64,000 bases of DNA from Utricularia gibba (Eukaryota > Plantae > Magnoliophyta): assembly GCA_002189035.1 (NCBI GenBank), contig CM007990.1, positions 3,844,001 through 3,908,000 of the forward strand, read 5' to 3'. This document shows, piece by piece, positions 1 to 12,875 of the stretch. Every line of letters begins with the position of its first letter. Within the stretch, counting starts at the first letter, position 1. The translations under genes and the position numbers were made by a program. Under the pieces are notes generated by a model. It was not told where the DNA came from, made no database searches, and was given only the letters and a program-made list of their open reading frames with translations.

Positions 1-1363
1 TCTCCTCAATTCCTCTTCTCTTTTCTCTAGGATTTCTCTCGCTATTTCCTCCCTATCCATACCTGATTCATAAATGATCTTGTTGTGCCTTTTCCTTTAC
101 AGCATTTCCTTCTTGGTTTCAGATTGAGTCTTCGTCTCTTGAAGGTATTCCAACTCTGGGGGTTTCAGGAAGAAATTGTAAAAGAACCCTAAAGAAGAAG
201 AGAGACGAAACCATGAACCAAGCATATTTTTAAAAATTTCTTTTGTTTATGAGGAATATTGCTCCTATTTGGAAGTAGTTTTAACATTCTATGTGAACCA
301 TTTATGATTTATGCTTTTTTTATGTTTCTTTTTTGTTGTTAAAGTTTGAAACATGGATTATGTTTACATTATGTTATGCATTAGTTTTATTTCTTTTGTC
401 ATAAATAGTTCAGCATCTAATGGTACCTTGGGATAAAGAGAGATAGGCATGTTTGTTGTTCACTAAATCATATTTATCATGTAGTCATACTATTTTATGG
501 AAACAAAATTAGATCTAGGAGAGGGAGGTAATGATGTTTATCATAAACAACCCTAATTAGAGGTAGACCAAAAATTAGGGGAAAACAAAGGTATAAATAG
601 ATTTAAATCTTAATTTGTTAGGTGAATTACTTTAGGTTTAAGTGAAATAATTATTGAAATTAGCATGTTAATCTTGGGAGTCCCAAGTAGACCTGGGTAT
701 GGGTATGGGTCAACTCGGGTTAGCCATGAGTCGACTTGCATAAAATGGGTATGAGTTACTCATACTCGTGAAAAACAAGTATGAGTGGAGTCGGTGATTT
801 TCGACTCGACGAGTTACTCAGGTAACTCGTAAAAAAATGAATGATTTGTACTCTAGATTATTCATTTCTTAATTTAGATTTTATATCTTTTTATTTAATA
901 TTAATAATTTGATACTAATTAATTTTGCCAATATTATATACCGTTAGTGTCAAATATCGTAAAGGAGTAGAGAAAACTTTATTACATTTTTTTAAATCAA
1001 ATATTTAATAATTAAATAGATCATATACAAATAAAAAAATTCTTATATAACAAAAAAAGTAATTGAAAAATAGAATAATTATTTTAAAAAATAAGATAAA
1101 ATACGATTTGACGAGTACATACTTGGATCAACTCGACAAGTCAACAGATAACGAGTCAACTCAAGTACGATACGAGTTGGGGATCAAAACCCGTCAACCC
1201 GTCGACTCGTGAGCTCATAATAAAGCCATGACTCGATAAGTCCGACTCATTACTCGACAAGTCACCACCCATGCCCAGGTCAAATCCCAAGGCATCACCT
1301 CATTTCTTCCTAAGCACCAACTGAGTTCACCAATTTGTTGATTTGTGGTACTATATTTTATCA
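1..1363 (+). mobile_element. Ty3/Gypsy (Athila-like) LTR, left end outside window; 3' or solo LTR
   Basis: Ends ...TTTTATCA at 1363 with no PBS following. Shares motifs with the solo LTR at 50603-52016 (TTAGAGGTAGA(C/T)CAA; both end TTTATCA). Interrupted by the MITE at 688-1283. Confidence 0.5.
688..1283. mobile_element. hAT-family MITE
   Basis: TIR TAGACCTGGGTATGGG at 688 vs reverse complement TTGACCTGGGCATGGG ending 1283. 8-bp TSD GTCCCAAG (680-687) / ATCCCAAG (1284-1291). Many GACTCG/CGAGTC subterminal motifs, AT-rich core, no ORF. Confidence 0.85.
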
Positions 1364-2111
1364 CAAAAATGAATTAGTTATAGCTTACACTAAATCTTTT
1401 CTCTGTGACATTCATTGAATATATTGACTCTCACATAATAAAAACTCTTAATTATTTCACTATACTCATAATTGTTTCATTATTAAGTGTGTATTAGATT
1501 TATAAATTTTATTGATTAGGAAAATTTAAAATTTTATAATGACGTGCAAATTTTTGTTTATCAATACATATATGTTGTTGTGAGCTAGTTGCAAGTGATT
1601 GTTTCCATGCATTACTTATATGATTGCTACTACACCCATTATACATGGTGGGGAAAGAAGCACATAATAAATTGTTCTATTGTATAAGTGATTCCTACAT
1701 CTAGAGGTTTCCCAGCTGTACTAGGTTTTTACCTGGTAAATCTACATGCGACATATGCATACAAAACACATTCTTATCTAGAGCTACGCAAGGCCATCCC
1801 GCATCTACATCTGTTTAATCCCTAAATCTTCCTGAGTACTTCTAACAATATTATTCCAAGTTTTTTCAATGGAAGGGTATTGTTTCAACAGTGTTTAGTT
1901 AAATACAGTATGTTGACTTAAATAATGATTTAATTTAAAAGTGATTGAAGTGTTATTTATGCTAAACAACATACTCTAGGACTACAAAGTAAAAGACAGA
2001 AGCAGTAAATCGCATTGAGAAACATCATGTTTTTAATGAGCAATGCTAACAGACAGACAAATGTGAGACATAGATCTATAATGTGAAAAATACCATGAAA
2101 ATACACCAATA

Positions 2112-4501
2112 TCACAAGGAGCTGTGGGAAATCCATCTCTTGAACATGGCAAAGGATTCCTTGGGCTTGTACCTGGGAGCTACGTGCCCCGCCGCCTGCG
2201 ACATGTCAATGCCGAATGACGATATTACTGGAAGACTACCACAACACATACGACAGACAGGTTGGGAGTCCTTACCAAAACGGTGGCATAGTTCATCTTG
2301 TTCTCGAAACTTCTTGTGTATCTGCATCATGCATGTTTAATAAAACAAGCAAATGATTGTCTCAAAAAAATTCCGAAAGATTTATGATTACCCACTGACA
2401 CATTCATCCACGAACCATGGTCTCCATTTGTTTACCATAGGAGAGTTCAGGGACTTTATCCATGCTATGGTCGACAATGAGGGCACGTCAAGGTCCAAAC
2501 TACCACTGAAAGCACAAGCAACACAACAAAAGAATTGATGGAGGCTCCTTAAGTGATTACTGGTTTCTTTTCAATAAACTGAACCGCAAAACTTCGATTG
2601 TTGCCTGTAAATGAGAGAGCGATAGCCTCTGAAAGTTAGATTCTTGTGAAAGGGGATCATGTTCGGATAATCGGAAGTGCGGTTTATGTTATGGTTGCAT
2701 CTAAACCATTTTTCTGTACTCCCCTACATCATCATCAACACACAATATTTTTTTCTGTTGTTGCTTTGCGTCTTAAGCAGAGCAAAAGGTACTGTATTGT
2801 TTTACCTTAGTGATGTGAAGGGATTCTTGGACGTTGGGATCATTAGCCCAAGGATTGCAAAATGTGCAAACGTCAGGCTGAGAAATCAACACAGATTAAT
2901 GAACACTAAGCAATGGAAACACTAGAAAGGCTGTGAACGTTACATGGCAATCAATCTCCGATTGCTCCTCATTTCCGTACACCTGAAGCATATCCCGCCT
3001 TCTCGCAGAATCCGACGAACATTCTGGCTCAAAGACATTGTATAGATTCAAGGGATCCACCAGCTGTTCTTCACAGGAAAAGTAGGCATCAAACTCAAGA
3101 TTCTACAGAGGAAAAGGAGGTACCGGGAATTTGATTTCTTGCCTCGTGGTACGTATCAATATCTTTAGAACACGCCTGGTTTTTAGCATCTATCGTGTAA
3201 CTCCCGTTGCAGTTTCGCTCCAAGGACTGAAACAAAAGGATAGTTGACGTTGCCATTACATTATAAATGAAGCAAAATTTCACTTCAACCTCGTAGAGAT
3301 CAGGAGGGATGAGTCCCAATCCGTAAGCAGCCGGTACCCTGTAGTTTTTATGGTCATAAGATGTGACTGGATTTCCCAAGATGTACCCCTGTTTCCAAAG
3401 CGTTGAATTCTTGAAAAAATTTGAAGGTAACTAGAGATAAATATCAGAATGACAGACTTTAAGGTTAATCTGGGGCTTGACTCCGAGTTCATTCCCTGCA
3501 TCACAAGAACAAGGCAAGAGTGAGTTGAAAATTCCAGATGAAATAGGTCTTTTTTCATTTGTGTGCACCATCAGCTATCAGCCTGGTGATGATAGGTACT
3601 GTGGTGCCACTAAAGGAGTCTCCGGCGACGTAAAACGGGCTCGACCCGAACTCTGAATGATCCTCCAGCCACTGCAGACGGACCAGGAATCGCAACTCAA
3701 AAACGGTTATATAACAGAACACACGGATATGTTGGATCAAACCAATCAAACAAACAAACCTTCTGAAGGAACACATAAGCTTGTTCACAAGAATAAAAGT
3801 GTGTTGTATAGGTAGCCTCCTTAGTTTTCCCATAGGAAAATCCAGTTCCAACAGGGGAATCCAAGAACAATATGTTTGCTACCTGCAAAAAAAAAAAAAA
3901 AAAAAAAAATCAGAATCCCGATATTCCGAGAAAAGAACAGCATCATCAGCTAAAATGATTACGAACCTTGGTCCATGAATAAGGATTCACGATCAGCTGG
4001 GGGAAGTCCCCTTGGGCAGTATCCGACAGATTAAAGTCAAAGGCCCTGCAATGAAACTCCTCCTCTCTCTAAATACGGTAAATGGAGCATAAAAGCAATG
4101 GTAAAGACTAAAGAGAAGAAATCAAACCAAGTTCATAGAGAAGAGCAGCAAGAACCGAGCACCCTGGCCCTCCAGTTAACCAAAGCAGTAGAGGGTCTTT
4201 CTCAGGCTCCGGTCCCGATGACTTGACAAAGTAGTAAAATAGCTGCACATTTTCTTCTTCATCAACACCAATGTACCTACCCAGAACAGTCGACAAGAAT
4301 TATCACCAGTAAACCAACAGAACAGAACATTCATTCATGAGAGAAGAGAGAGTTGTCAATCTACCCTGTTTCCAGATAAAATGGAAGAAGGCCATCAAAG
4401 CCAGGGAGGTGTGTCACATGAGAGCCCCCATCACCCAAAACACCCCCATCTAGCAAGAGAAGGAGGAGCAGAGCAACCGACAGCAGTGCCGTGATGCTCA
4501 T
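2112..4501 (-). CDS. SCPL: Serine carboxypeptidase-like protein, clade IA (acyltransferase type); 14 exons; one apparent 1-nt frameshift in exon 3
   Basis: Signal peptide [17 protein letters not shown]. Motifs [31 protein letters not shown] (catalytic Ser), YSGSLD (Asp), AAGHVAP (His), ending RWISHSSL*. Exons include 4501-4365, 4276-4128, 4045-3967, 3882-3760, 3671-3569, 3495-3458, 3388-3290. Exon 3 is 79 nt where 80 is needed. Confidence 0.9.
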
Positions 4502-5449
4502 CTTCAATACCTATAAAATTCTCCTTGGCTTTCGATTCATATACATCTTTTTTGCATACTTTCAAACTCACAGTGTTATAAATAACCTCAGTTATTGGAC
4601 GCCCTTTGCAACACGTTAGCTTCTATGCTCTAGCCATACGAATGAGTAGCAGCTATATGACAGCTAAGAGCTCATGGGCCCCCGGATTTCTTATAATGTG
4701 CAAAATGCCCCCTTAAAGTTTTATATTTGCATAATTACTCCATTTGCTACGTAAATTCTGGCCAGGGACATTTGGATTCTGAAATTTCCCTAATCCCTTG
4801 ATAGTCATGAAGAAAATGCATACGTTGATTAAGAATCCGCCATGGAATGTATTTAAGTAGAAGTTCCACCCTAATTTTTTACACGACATTTTCTTTTAAA
4901 AGAAAAACATAAAAGTATGAGAATTATGTGTACAAAATATGCATCATCCTAGGGGTGGGTTATGTCATAAAAAACTCAAAATTTATGTTTCCTTTAAAAA
5001 CCGAATCTTGTTGCTTGGGTGGATCTGTTTCATCTCATTAAAAATGAACTGAATTCGTTTTTTAATTTAATTATATATTATGAGCTCAATAATTTTAACT
5101 ATATTCTAAAATATTTAGCAAAATATAAATTATTGTTTAAATTGATTGAAGTCATTTGTCAATTTGTTAATGGGTTTGGGTAACAAAGTGAAGGGGATCT
5201 ACTTGCATTAATCGTGCATTAAAAGACAACACATGTAATGTTCAGCAACTGGTATGGTAAGAGTACCGAGTGGCATGAATGGACGGACCCCCTAGGGACA
5301 CTTCAATGCAACCTTCTTCAATTTTTGAGTTTTGTTATTGTTGGAGTCATATTGTGTGTGCTTGAGCACAATTTGTGACACAACAATGGGATAAGACAAA
5401 CAATAGTAGGATATTTGTAAATTAACAACACAATCAAGTGTACTTTTCG

Positions 5450-6200
5450 AATACAACAACATACAAGTGATAGGAATCCAATAGAACCTCTGGAACATAG
5501 AAAGTATTATTCAACTTTCAACATAAGCACCAATATTGATGTCTACAAATACCAGAACAAGCTGCAAACTTTTATCGTCAACTTAAAAACATACAATAAC
5601 TTCAAGGAGAGTCGAGATAGGGTACACAATACCAAACAAACAGCCACACTCAATGTGAAGGAGAAACTACTAGAAAATTCTAATGGTATCCCTAGATTTT
5701 GCCTTTTCACATTTGGACTGGTTTTGTCATAGGTACATTATCAAATGGGTCTCATGTTGGATCTACATCATTATTGCCATGTTGCGGAGAATTCTTCAGA
5801 GCTTTGGAAGGTTCAAACCTCAATGATACCTGTTGGAAACAACCATGATTTTATAACTTCCACTTTTGTAGGATCCACAAATTACCCTACTTCAGAGATG
5901 ATAAAATACAACTTGTTTCTGTAAGAAGTTGCACTTAATATGGGCAGCAGAATAACTATCCTGTTGAAGAGCCTTCAAAACAAGTCAAAGGTGTTGGAGA
6001 TGTGATTCTCAATCATGATAAAAGATAGAGTTATCATAAATAAACCACCAAAAACTTTCCAATAAAAGGCCATAACACATGATTCATGGTTTGCATGAGA
6101 GTACTTGGGATATTAGAAAGCTCGAAAAACATCACCAACCATTCATAGACCTTCACAAGTTTTGAAAGTCATCTTCTACTCATCTTCAGATCTCATACGA
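5450..6200 (-). mobile_element. Highly degenerate LINE (L1-like) reverse-transcriptase remnant
   Basis: Stop- and frameshift-riddled peptides loosely resemble L1 RT motifs in the expected order: [15 protein letters not shown] ~ KLDxEKAYDRxxWxFL, SYKIMV, RFEPSKAL ~ FxPSRGL, PYLDSP ~ KYLGxP. Confidence 0.3.
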
Positions 6201-6329
6201 ATCTGATTGTAGTTATTTTGTAATAATATATATGTATACATATATGTGAAATGTGAAATGAATTCATAGAAAAAAAAAGAGCTATTCATGAAACAAATGA
6301 TTTAACCACGAATAGTAATCACAATATAG

Positions 6330-8802
6330 AAGATAAAAGTTAATTAATATTCTTACTCTAAAGTTGTAAGGAGGAATAGGAAGATGAGAAATATGAAATC
6401 AAAAGTTTAGAATGAAACTTATCTAACTAGAAACTCTCATTCTCCTAAAATTATAATTCTCAAGATAATTTGTTGTTCAAGACATGCAATTGTATGCTCT
6501 AATGTGATCGCAATGATTATTAAGTGATCGTAGCACACCTTTAGATATCCCCTCATGTATGTATCTCGACCTATGCACTATACTCAATTAGACTAGAGAT
6601 AAAAAGGGTAAATGTGCAATAATAAGGAAAACTATACCTAAAAAAATTTATAAACTTATATGCTATGGATAATTGTTACAGATCCGGTTGAATCTGTCAT
6701 AATACTCCTATAAATTCTCTCATTCACTTTGTAGCATGGTAGCTAAAGCTCTTCTTCCAGTGGAGACTCTTCCTAGAGACGCATATCGATCAAGAAATTT
6801 TTGAACCATTTGCTCCCAAGTTGCAATAGAGGATGGTGGTAGTCCATAGAGCCACTCCAAAGCTCGGTAAGTGAGACTAAAAGGGAAGACCCGTAGCTTG
6901 ACTTGGTTCTCCGTTGCACCTTTTGGGCGCATGGATGCACAAGCCGTGTGCAACTCCCTAAGATGACCATTTGGGTTGTCATTTTCTCTCCCAGTGAACT
7001 TAGGAAGTGTCTGGAACAGATAGGAGAGAAGCTCAAAGTCCTCTTCCACGTCAAAGATGATACAAAGTGGTTGATCAGCATGGTTGGCTGTGATTTCTTC
7101 TTTTATGGTCCTTAGTGCTGGGCCATGATTAGTGATCGGCAGAACTGGAAAAATTTGAGGATGTTGATGCTTATGTTCTCCGTGAACCATAGGGACTCTA
7201 GTAGGTGGTTGAGCAGTCATTTCTTCTTCAGTAGATGAACTAGAAATTAATTCTCGCTTTTTTGCTAGAAATGTGCGCTCAATCTCCAGATCCAAGGGAC
7301 ACAAGATTTCTTGGTATGATCTCAAGCTTCGGTGGCCCTTCGGTGGAGCTGAATGCATAAAAATAGAGAAAAACAGCAGCAAAACAGAAACTAACAAAAA
7401 ACAAGAAAAAAGAAAGAAAAAGAAAAAAAAAGAAAAACTATATACAACACTAAACACAAAAATACACAACTCCCCGACAACGGCACCAAAAAATTTTTGC
7501 ATGTTGTTTTCTCAACAAATTTTAAATTATAAAAACGTAAAACACAATAAAGTGTAGTACGGGTGTCGATCTCAAAGAGTTGAGTTTTGCAAAAACTGCT
7601 ATATAGAAAACTTTTACAAATTGTTATGGGTTTGTAAACGGGGGTTTTTGAAGTACAAGAATAAAAGATACAACCTAAGTAATGGACCTTGACTACGGGA
7701 TGCCGTTCCTGAGAAATGGACTCCGTTTCCTCCTTTTGTCTATCCTTGTCTTGGCTTTCACTGATTACTTCCGAATAGTTGGTTATAGAAGCAAGTAATA
7801 TCCTACTCTCCCTTACACTCTGATTGGTAAGGAGGCACAGGAATAGCCTCATGTGATTCCCCTTTGGACGATAGAGAAGACAAGAGAATTGTCGTCAATT
7901 GCCTTCAAAATGTGCGCGTGTGCTCAGATGTTGCCAATGACCAATGACAGGCACGAGATCACTACCTATCCATTGTCGCGGTACCTTAGTTACAAACAAT
8001 TCGCTACTTCCCTCGAACCGGTAGGGTTGGAGATGATGTTTTTCACCTTGCTCTTCATCAAAATCCGCAAGGAGTGGCCTGCTACTCATGAACCATGACT
8101 AGGAGACATTACAGAAAGATTGCAACAAGACGCGTGGAAGTATGCAAAATCCAAAATGAATTCAGCAAAGAACCGAGATAAATGTTCATGACTTAGAAGA
8201 AAACTTTATCTACTCATAAAAAACTAAAGAGTTTTAACCACAAAGGACCATGAAAATAGAAAACGAAAATGAAAAACTAAAGTGTTCTTCCTCTCTTAGA
8301 AGAGATAAAGAACCAAAAGTTCTAAGTCTAAAAAGAAGTGTCAAAAGGTTCCCAAAGATATTGTTCCAAGTTGTTTTTATCTCACTCCTCATGTACATTA
8401 ACTCTTCATGCTCCTCTTCCCATCATTCTTTCTGTTTTACGTGCGTCACCAGCTTTCCTATGCGTCCAAGTAAGCGTCCAATCATTGTTATAAACTCTGA
8501 TATGTCATAATTCAAGGGCCTTAACAAGTGTCAATCTTCTGCCTACAATTGTTCCAAGTCGCATGTAAGGCACGAATTGTCAGTATCTGACGTCCTGCAA
8601 GTCTCCTGCAACACTCCAAACCTATCTCCTGACATTTTGGGTAAAAGTGTACGAAAAAAGACAACGAAATATATACAAAATTCAAAAATAGGAATTTTCT
8701 AATAAAATCAAATACTTAAAAATATAACTCCTAATTTGGGCGAATTAATACTAAATTAACACATAATAATATATAATAATAACTAGAAAATGACAATTAA
8801 CA
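6330..8802 (-). mobile_element. Truncated Ty3/Gypsy Athila-like retrotransposon: 5' LTR (~8802-7498), PBS, gag fragment
   Basis: PBS TGGTGCCGTTGTCGGGGA (7488-7471) is near-complementary to the tRNA-Asp 3' end, typical of Athila. Gag ORF 6720-7502 has LPKFTGRENDNPNGHLRE...LRVFPFSLTYRALEWLYGLPPSSIATWEQMVQKFL (retrotransposon gag). No pol. Left boundary is approximate. Confidence 0.8.
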
Positions 8803-10710
8803 ACTATCCATGATTCCATTCTAGATCGAAGTCTCTAATGAAGAGATATTTATAGTTATTAGCAATCAAGTTTCATCATTGAATATCATATTCAGTTTTA
8901 ATCGGGGTAAACACAATATACTATGCTAGGCAACTCTTGTATTTTATGAGACACACGATATGTTGAGACAATATCGTTGCTAGAGAAATGAGATTTCTCA
9001 CTTCTCATTTCGGATAAAAAATGAACCTAGTAAGTCACACACATGAGACTTATAAATTTTTCGAGATGCTTGTGATTCAAATTTTTGATAGACTCTAGCA
9101 CGTCTTTAAATTTGAATCATCACTTGGTTAAAGAATTGGTAATATGTGCCTAAGCCCATATTGGTTACCAAGGCTCAAAATAATATGGGTTCATTATTTG
9201 GGCCTTAGGCCCAAGCCCATATACTTAAAGCCCAAGCCCATATTAATAAGCCCACATTGAAAAGCATGTTGTATTAAATATGATATTTATAAGCCCACAT
9301 TTCCCAACATATTTATTTAAGAGTTGAATCAAATTTTGATGCTAATATAAGATATTAGTATCGGTTTTATGTTTATCTAATAAGGTGATTTAAACATATT
9401 TTGGGTAAAATGTGTTAAATACATTTGTTGATTTTAACCTTGTCGGAATGATTTTTAGTTTGTGTGGATGAGTTAGAGGCATATTAGTTTCGATGCTTAT
9501 TTGCGATATGAGATATCACCAATTACGAGAAGGGAAAAAATTTATTTTTCTCACCTTCTGTTGTACGTAACCCGATAGTATGTGAGTGTAAGGCTCGATA
9601 CTAAATTTAAGATTAAGGAAGATGTTTGGTCTAGTGTACCAAACATCACCATTTTACACATAACACTAAGCATTGATGAGATTGAAGTAGATTGGAAAAA
9701 GATATACAAAAGAATATTTTTAGGAGTTCAATTTAAAAAATGATTAAAATATTTTGTAATCGTATTTCTTTATATTCTGTTTGATAATTTATTAATAAAA
9801 TGTAAACATATGTAAATTACAATGAAGATGAATAATTAAAATAAATTTTTAATAAAAAATATTAACAAAGATAAATCACAAATACATTATATAAGAAGAG
9901 TAAAATAGTAATAAAGATAATATGATAATGATATTATCCAAAATGCAACATTAAAACTATCTCTTTCTCTTTATAATTATAATTGTATCAATCATTTGCC
10001 ATAAAACCATGCAAACTCTTCTTTGGCATGGCATCAATACTGATTAACCATATTATTAATTACAATTCAGTTCATTACGTCATGATTCATAATTCGTTTG
10101 TTAGGAATTATGAAAAATAATTTTTCTACTTGGTGGCACTGTCTTGCCTATGGTTTGTATCAAGTGACAATAGATGCACATAAGGAGAGACCAAGGGGAA
10201 TGCTTGGTGCTGACATAGTGTGCCTTTTACATTCGGTGTCGACCGAGCTTGGTCGGTTTCAACCTTTAATCTCAATGCCAATCTAGCATCATTGCTTGTC
10301 CAGAACACTAAGTTGGGCTGTTTTTTGAACTTATATGATTATTTAGATGAATAGTTGTAGTATTGGAATATAAGACTCGCAAAGCATAAAGAAATTCAAT
10401 ACTAGGTTCTTATATTTATGTAATTTCCTTAGCTAAACAAGGCTCGTCGCTTCCAATTTTACCCTCGTGTCATCCAACTTTTAATGCAGATCTACAAACC
10501 AAACACTTTGTTTGTGATTTTCCAGTGGCATCGCGTGTTCTTTGGGCACAAAGGGTGGGTCTTGCGGTAAAGTGTGTTTTTCTGTTCTTGTGGGTTGGTC
10601 CACGGCAGCACCGCATAGTGGGTTTTTATCTGTGATTTTCTAATTTCAGAATCAGTGATGCTGTGTGTGTGGATTTATTTTGCTCAATATTTTGCTACTG
10701 TTGAGGGGAC

Positions 10711-11294
10711 ATGGATTTTTTCATGGAGGGTCATGTCATCTTGAGTGCGGCCGTGGCAGTATTAACTGAATACTTGGTTGGGATGAATGTGTTAATATAC
10801 TTATATTGGAAAAAATATTGTAGAGGATATAGGGTGAGACACAGGTATTCACTTACCATAGGGGATATAGGGTTACTAGGGCCTGCAGCCGCCAGCTCGC
10901 TCGTCTTCCAATGGGATGGATCTAGGACAGTGGACACTGGATATCCGGTGCACGACAACAGGAACAACACCGTTAAGTTGAAGCTTTTAACTCATGTTCG
11001 GGGCGCCAACACAGAGTTCAAGGGTAAATATCACCGTCTTAATACACTACTCATTGACGATGCACCATACAAGTCACTACACAACCCGGTGAGGTTCTGA
11101 TCACCCTCATTCTCTACCATCTTGCACCTAAAAATCGTTTACTTTCATTGGACAGCCCAAAAATGCCATATTCCCGACCACCTTCAAGTACACCGCGATC
11201 AATGATTGTTCCTTGGTTCAAGGGGGGAATATCAAGTCGTTCTTGGAAGCGCTCATTGACGTAATGGATATACCAACACACGTCGATCGCCGAT
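10711..11294 (+). pseudogene. FCP1/NIF-type HAD phosphatase-like (C1271.03c-like family) gene fragment, 2 exons
   Basis: LVFQWDGSRTVDTGY...KGKYHRLNTLLIDDAPYKSLHNP | intron | PKNAIFPTTF...GGNIKSFLEALIDVMDIPTHV matches the recalled family pattern FCWDQS...YxxSNTLLLDDSPYKAxxNPxxTAIFP...GGxLRxYLE. The N-terminal DxD motif was not found. Confidence 0.7.
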
Positions 11295-11860
11295 GAGTAG
11301 GTCAATGTCCGATAGACAAGGAACACCCGTTGTGGAAGCATTACAAGGTTATTGTATGATGGATGATGCACATTTAATTCGCATGGATGTTGTGTGAACT
11401 ATGGTATTCTATCTTCTTTAGTATGTGATCGAAAAACTATCACGGCAGCACCGCATGTTTCAAAATCTAGTGTCATGACTGACCACTAATCCCTGTGTCC
11501 AAACGCGGTGCTTCGTAATAGGCAACACCAATGCGGTGCTAGTCCAGCACTTCTCGATAGCACCGCACTGAATGTGGCGTTGTTTGCAGCACCGCGTTTA
11601 TGGAATAGTGCTTCACAACGTAACACCGCGCTTGTTCATACGCGGTGCTAACACATACGATATCAAAACACTGTCTACCCTACGCAATTCTTATACTAGT
11701 TACACGTAGTCATCCTTCGCCTACATTTTCATGTGGAATACCGTATATTTTCTTAAAGGATGATTAGAAGATGAAATACATCTAGCCCATGAGTCCAACA
11801 TAAGGCGAAAAACCGCACAACAGATTTAAGATCTACGTTTGGATGCTAAACCACGCACAA

Positions 11861-12875
11861 TCAGCTCTCTTCACAGTCACTGGAGACAAGGAAGTAGCGC
11901 AACATCGCAGGGTTGGAATTAATCGTCTCTGGTATGGTAAAACGTTGGATGGCAGTTAGTTGCAGCGGCATACCTCTAATGATGTCCCCTTCCTGATGCT
12001 GATTCTCCACCAACTCCCGTGCTTGCTGCACCACTGTTAATCCCAAGTGACGTAGCTCTTTGCATGTGTACACGTTCAGCTCCTTTATTTCTTTCAGGAA
12101 CTACACATCATCATCGATTCCCCTCAGTCCCCGCCCACTTCGTCCAAACCGCCACGACAAGTCAGTGCTGTTGTGTGACTCGAAGTCCCTACTAGGGGTG
12201 ACGTTCACACCCTCTGCACCACAACCAAATGGGTCACAAGGTGTGTCAACATACGAGAAGTTCATATCCTGTCTAGTGCTATCCGGGTCCAGAGGGCAAT
12301 CCGAAGATGCTTCCAGATTCTCCCCAACATCTTCTGTCAATTTCCTCTTCCTGGTCGCAGCTACATAGCTCATCGTATTATCTCCTGTAGCCTAATCCTT
12401 TCCAAAGATTTCCTACCACTTCATGTAATACGTCCACGCTTTGTGTCTTAGGACGTGCAGCTTGGGTGCGTGCTGACATAATAACACGGTAAGCACCAGA
12501 TATAACACCGCGAGTACAGGGCATACATATCTGATCAATCTCTTTCCAGACCTCCTCGTCTACGTATATAGTGTAGGTCAGCTCACTGAAAACGGTGCCC
12601 GACCTTGATAAAAAATCTACAAGGAGGTAGTGGTTTTTTTTCCACATATGCACCTTGCTGGATATGTGCGAGTGTGTGCGGATGTCGGTTCTTGGGCAGA
12701 GTTTCAAGAACTCTGTCTCCAACGCTCGGTGATACCCACCCCTGAAACCATTCTCAATTTTCCAATCTTCTTTCACTATGTGCTTCAGAGCATGCAACAA
12801 GTTTCTTCTCCTCATCTGGCTTCCAGGCGCGCTTCGTTTTTTTTTATAGTCTTCCACCACAATTGGGTTGTGCAT
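11861..12875 (-). pseudogene. PIF/Harbinger ORF1-type Myb/SANT-like DNA-binding protein, disrupted
   Basis: LLHALKHIVKEDWKIENGFRGGYHRALE...HISSKVHMWKKNH...SRSG matches the Myb/SANT-like domain of Harbinger-associated proteins. The C-terminal part continues in broken ORFs 12101-12373 and 11861-12073. Confidence 0.8.

Noticed and set aside
1665-2111. Downstream block conserved between the SCPL copies (vs 13371-13814) as a possible ncRNA or extra exon
   Set aside because: Divergence looks similar to that of the introns, with indels and no ORF, C/D boxes or stable hairpin. It is explained as co-duplicated flank.
8810-9300. Possible Copia LTR or UTR remnant
   Set aside because: Only a general resemblance; no termini, PBS or coding motif could be identified.
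9621-9647. Perfect 10-bp hairpin GATGTTTGGT-N7-ACCAAACATC
   Set aside because: It resembles collapsed Tourist/Harbinger termini but is too short and lacks a TSD. It could not be tied to the left end of the 10.5-13.4 kb element.
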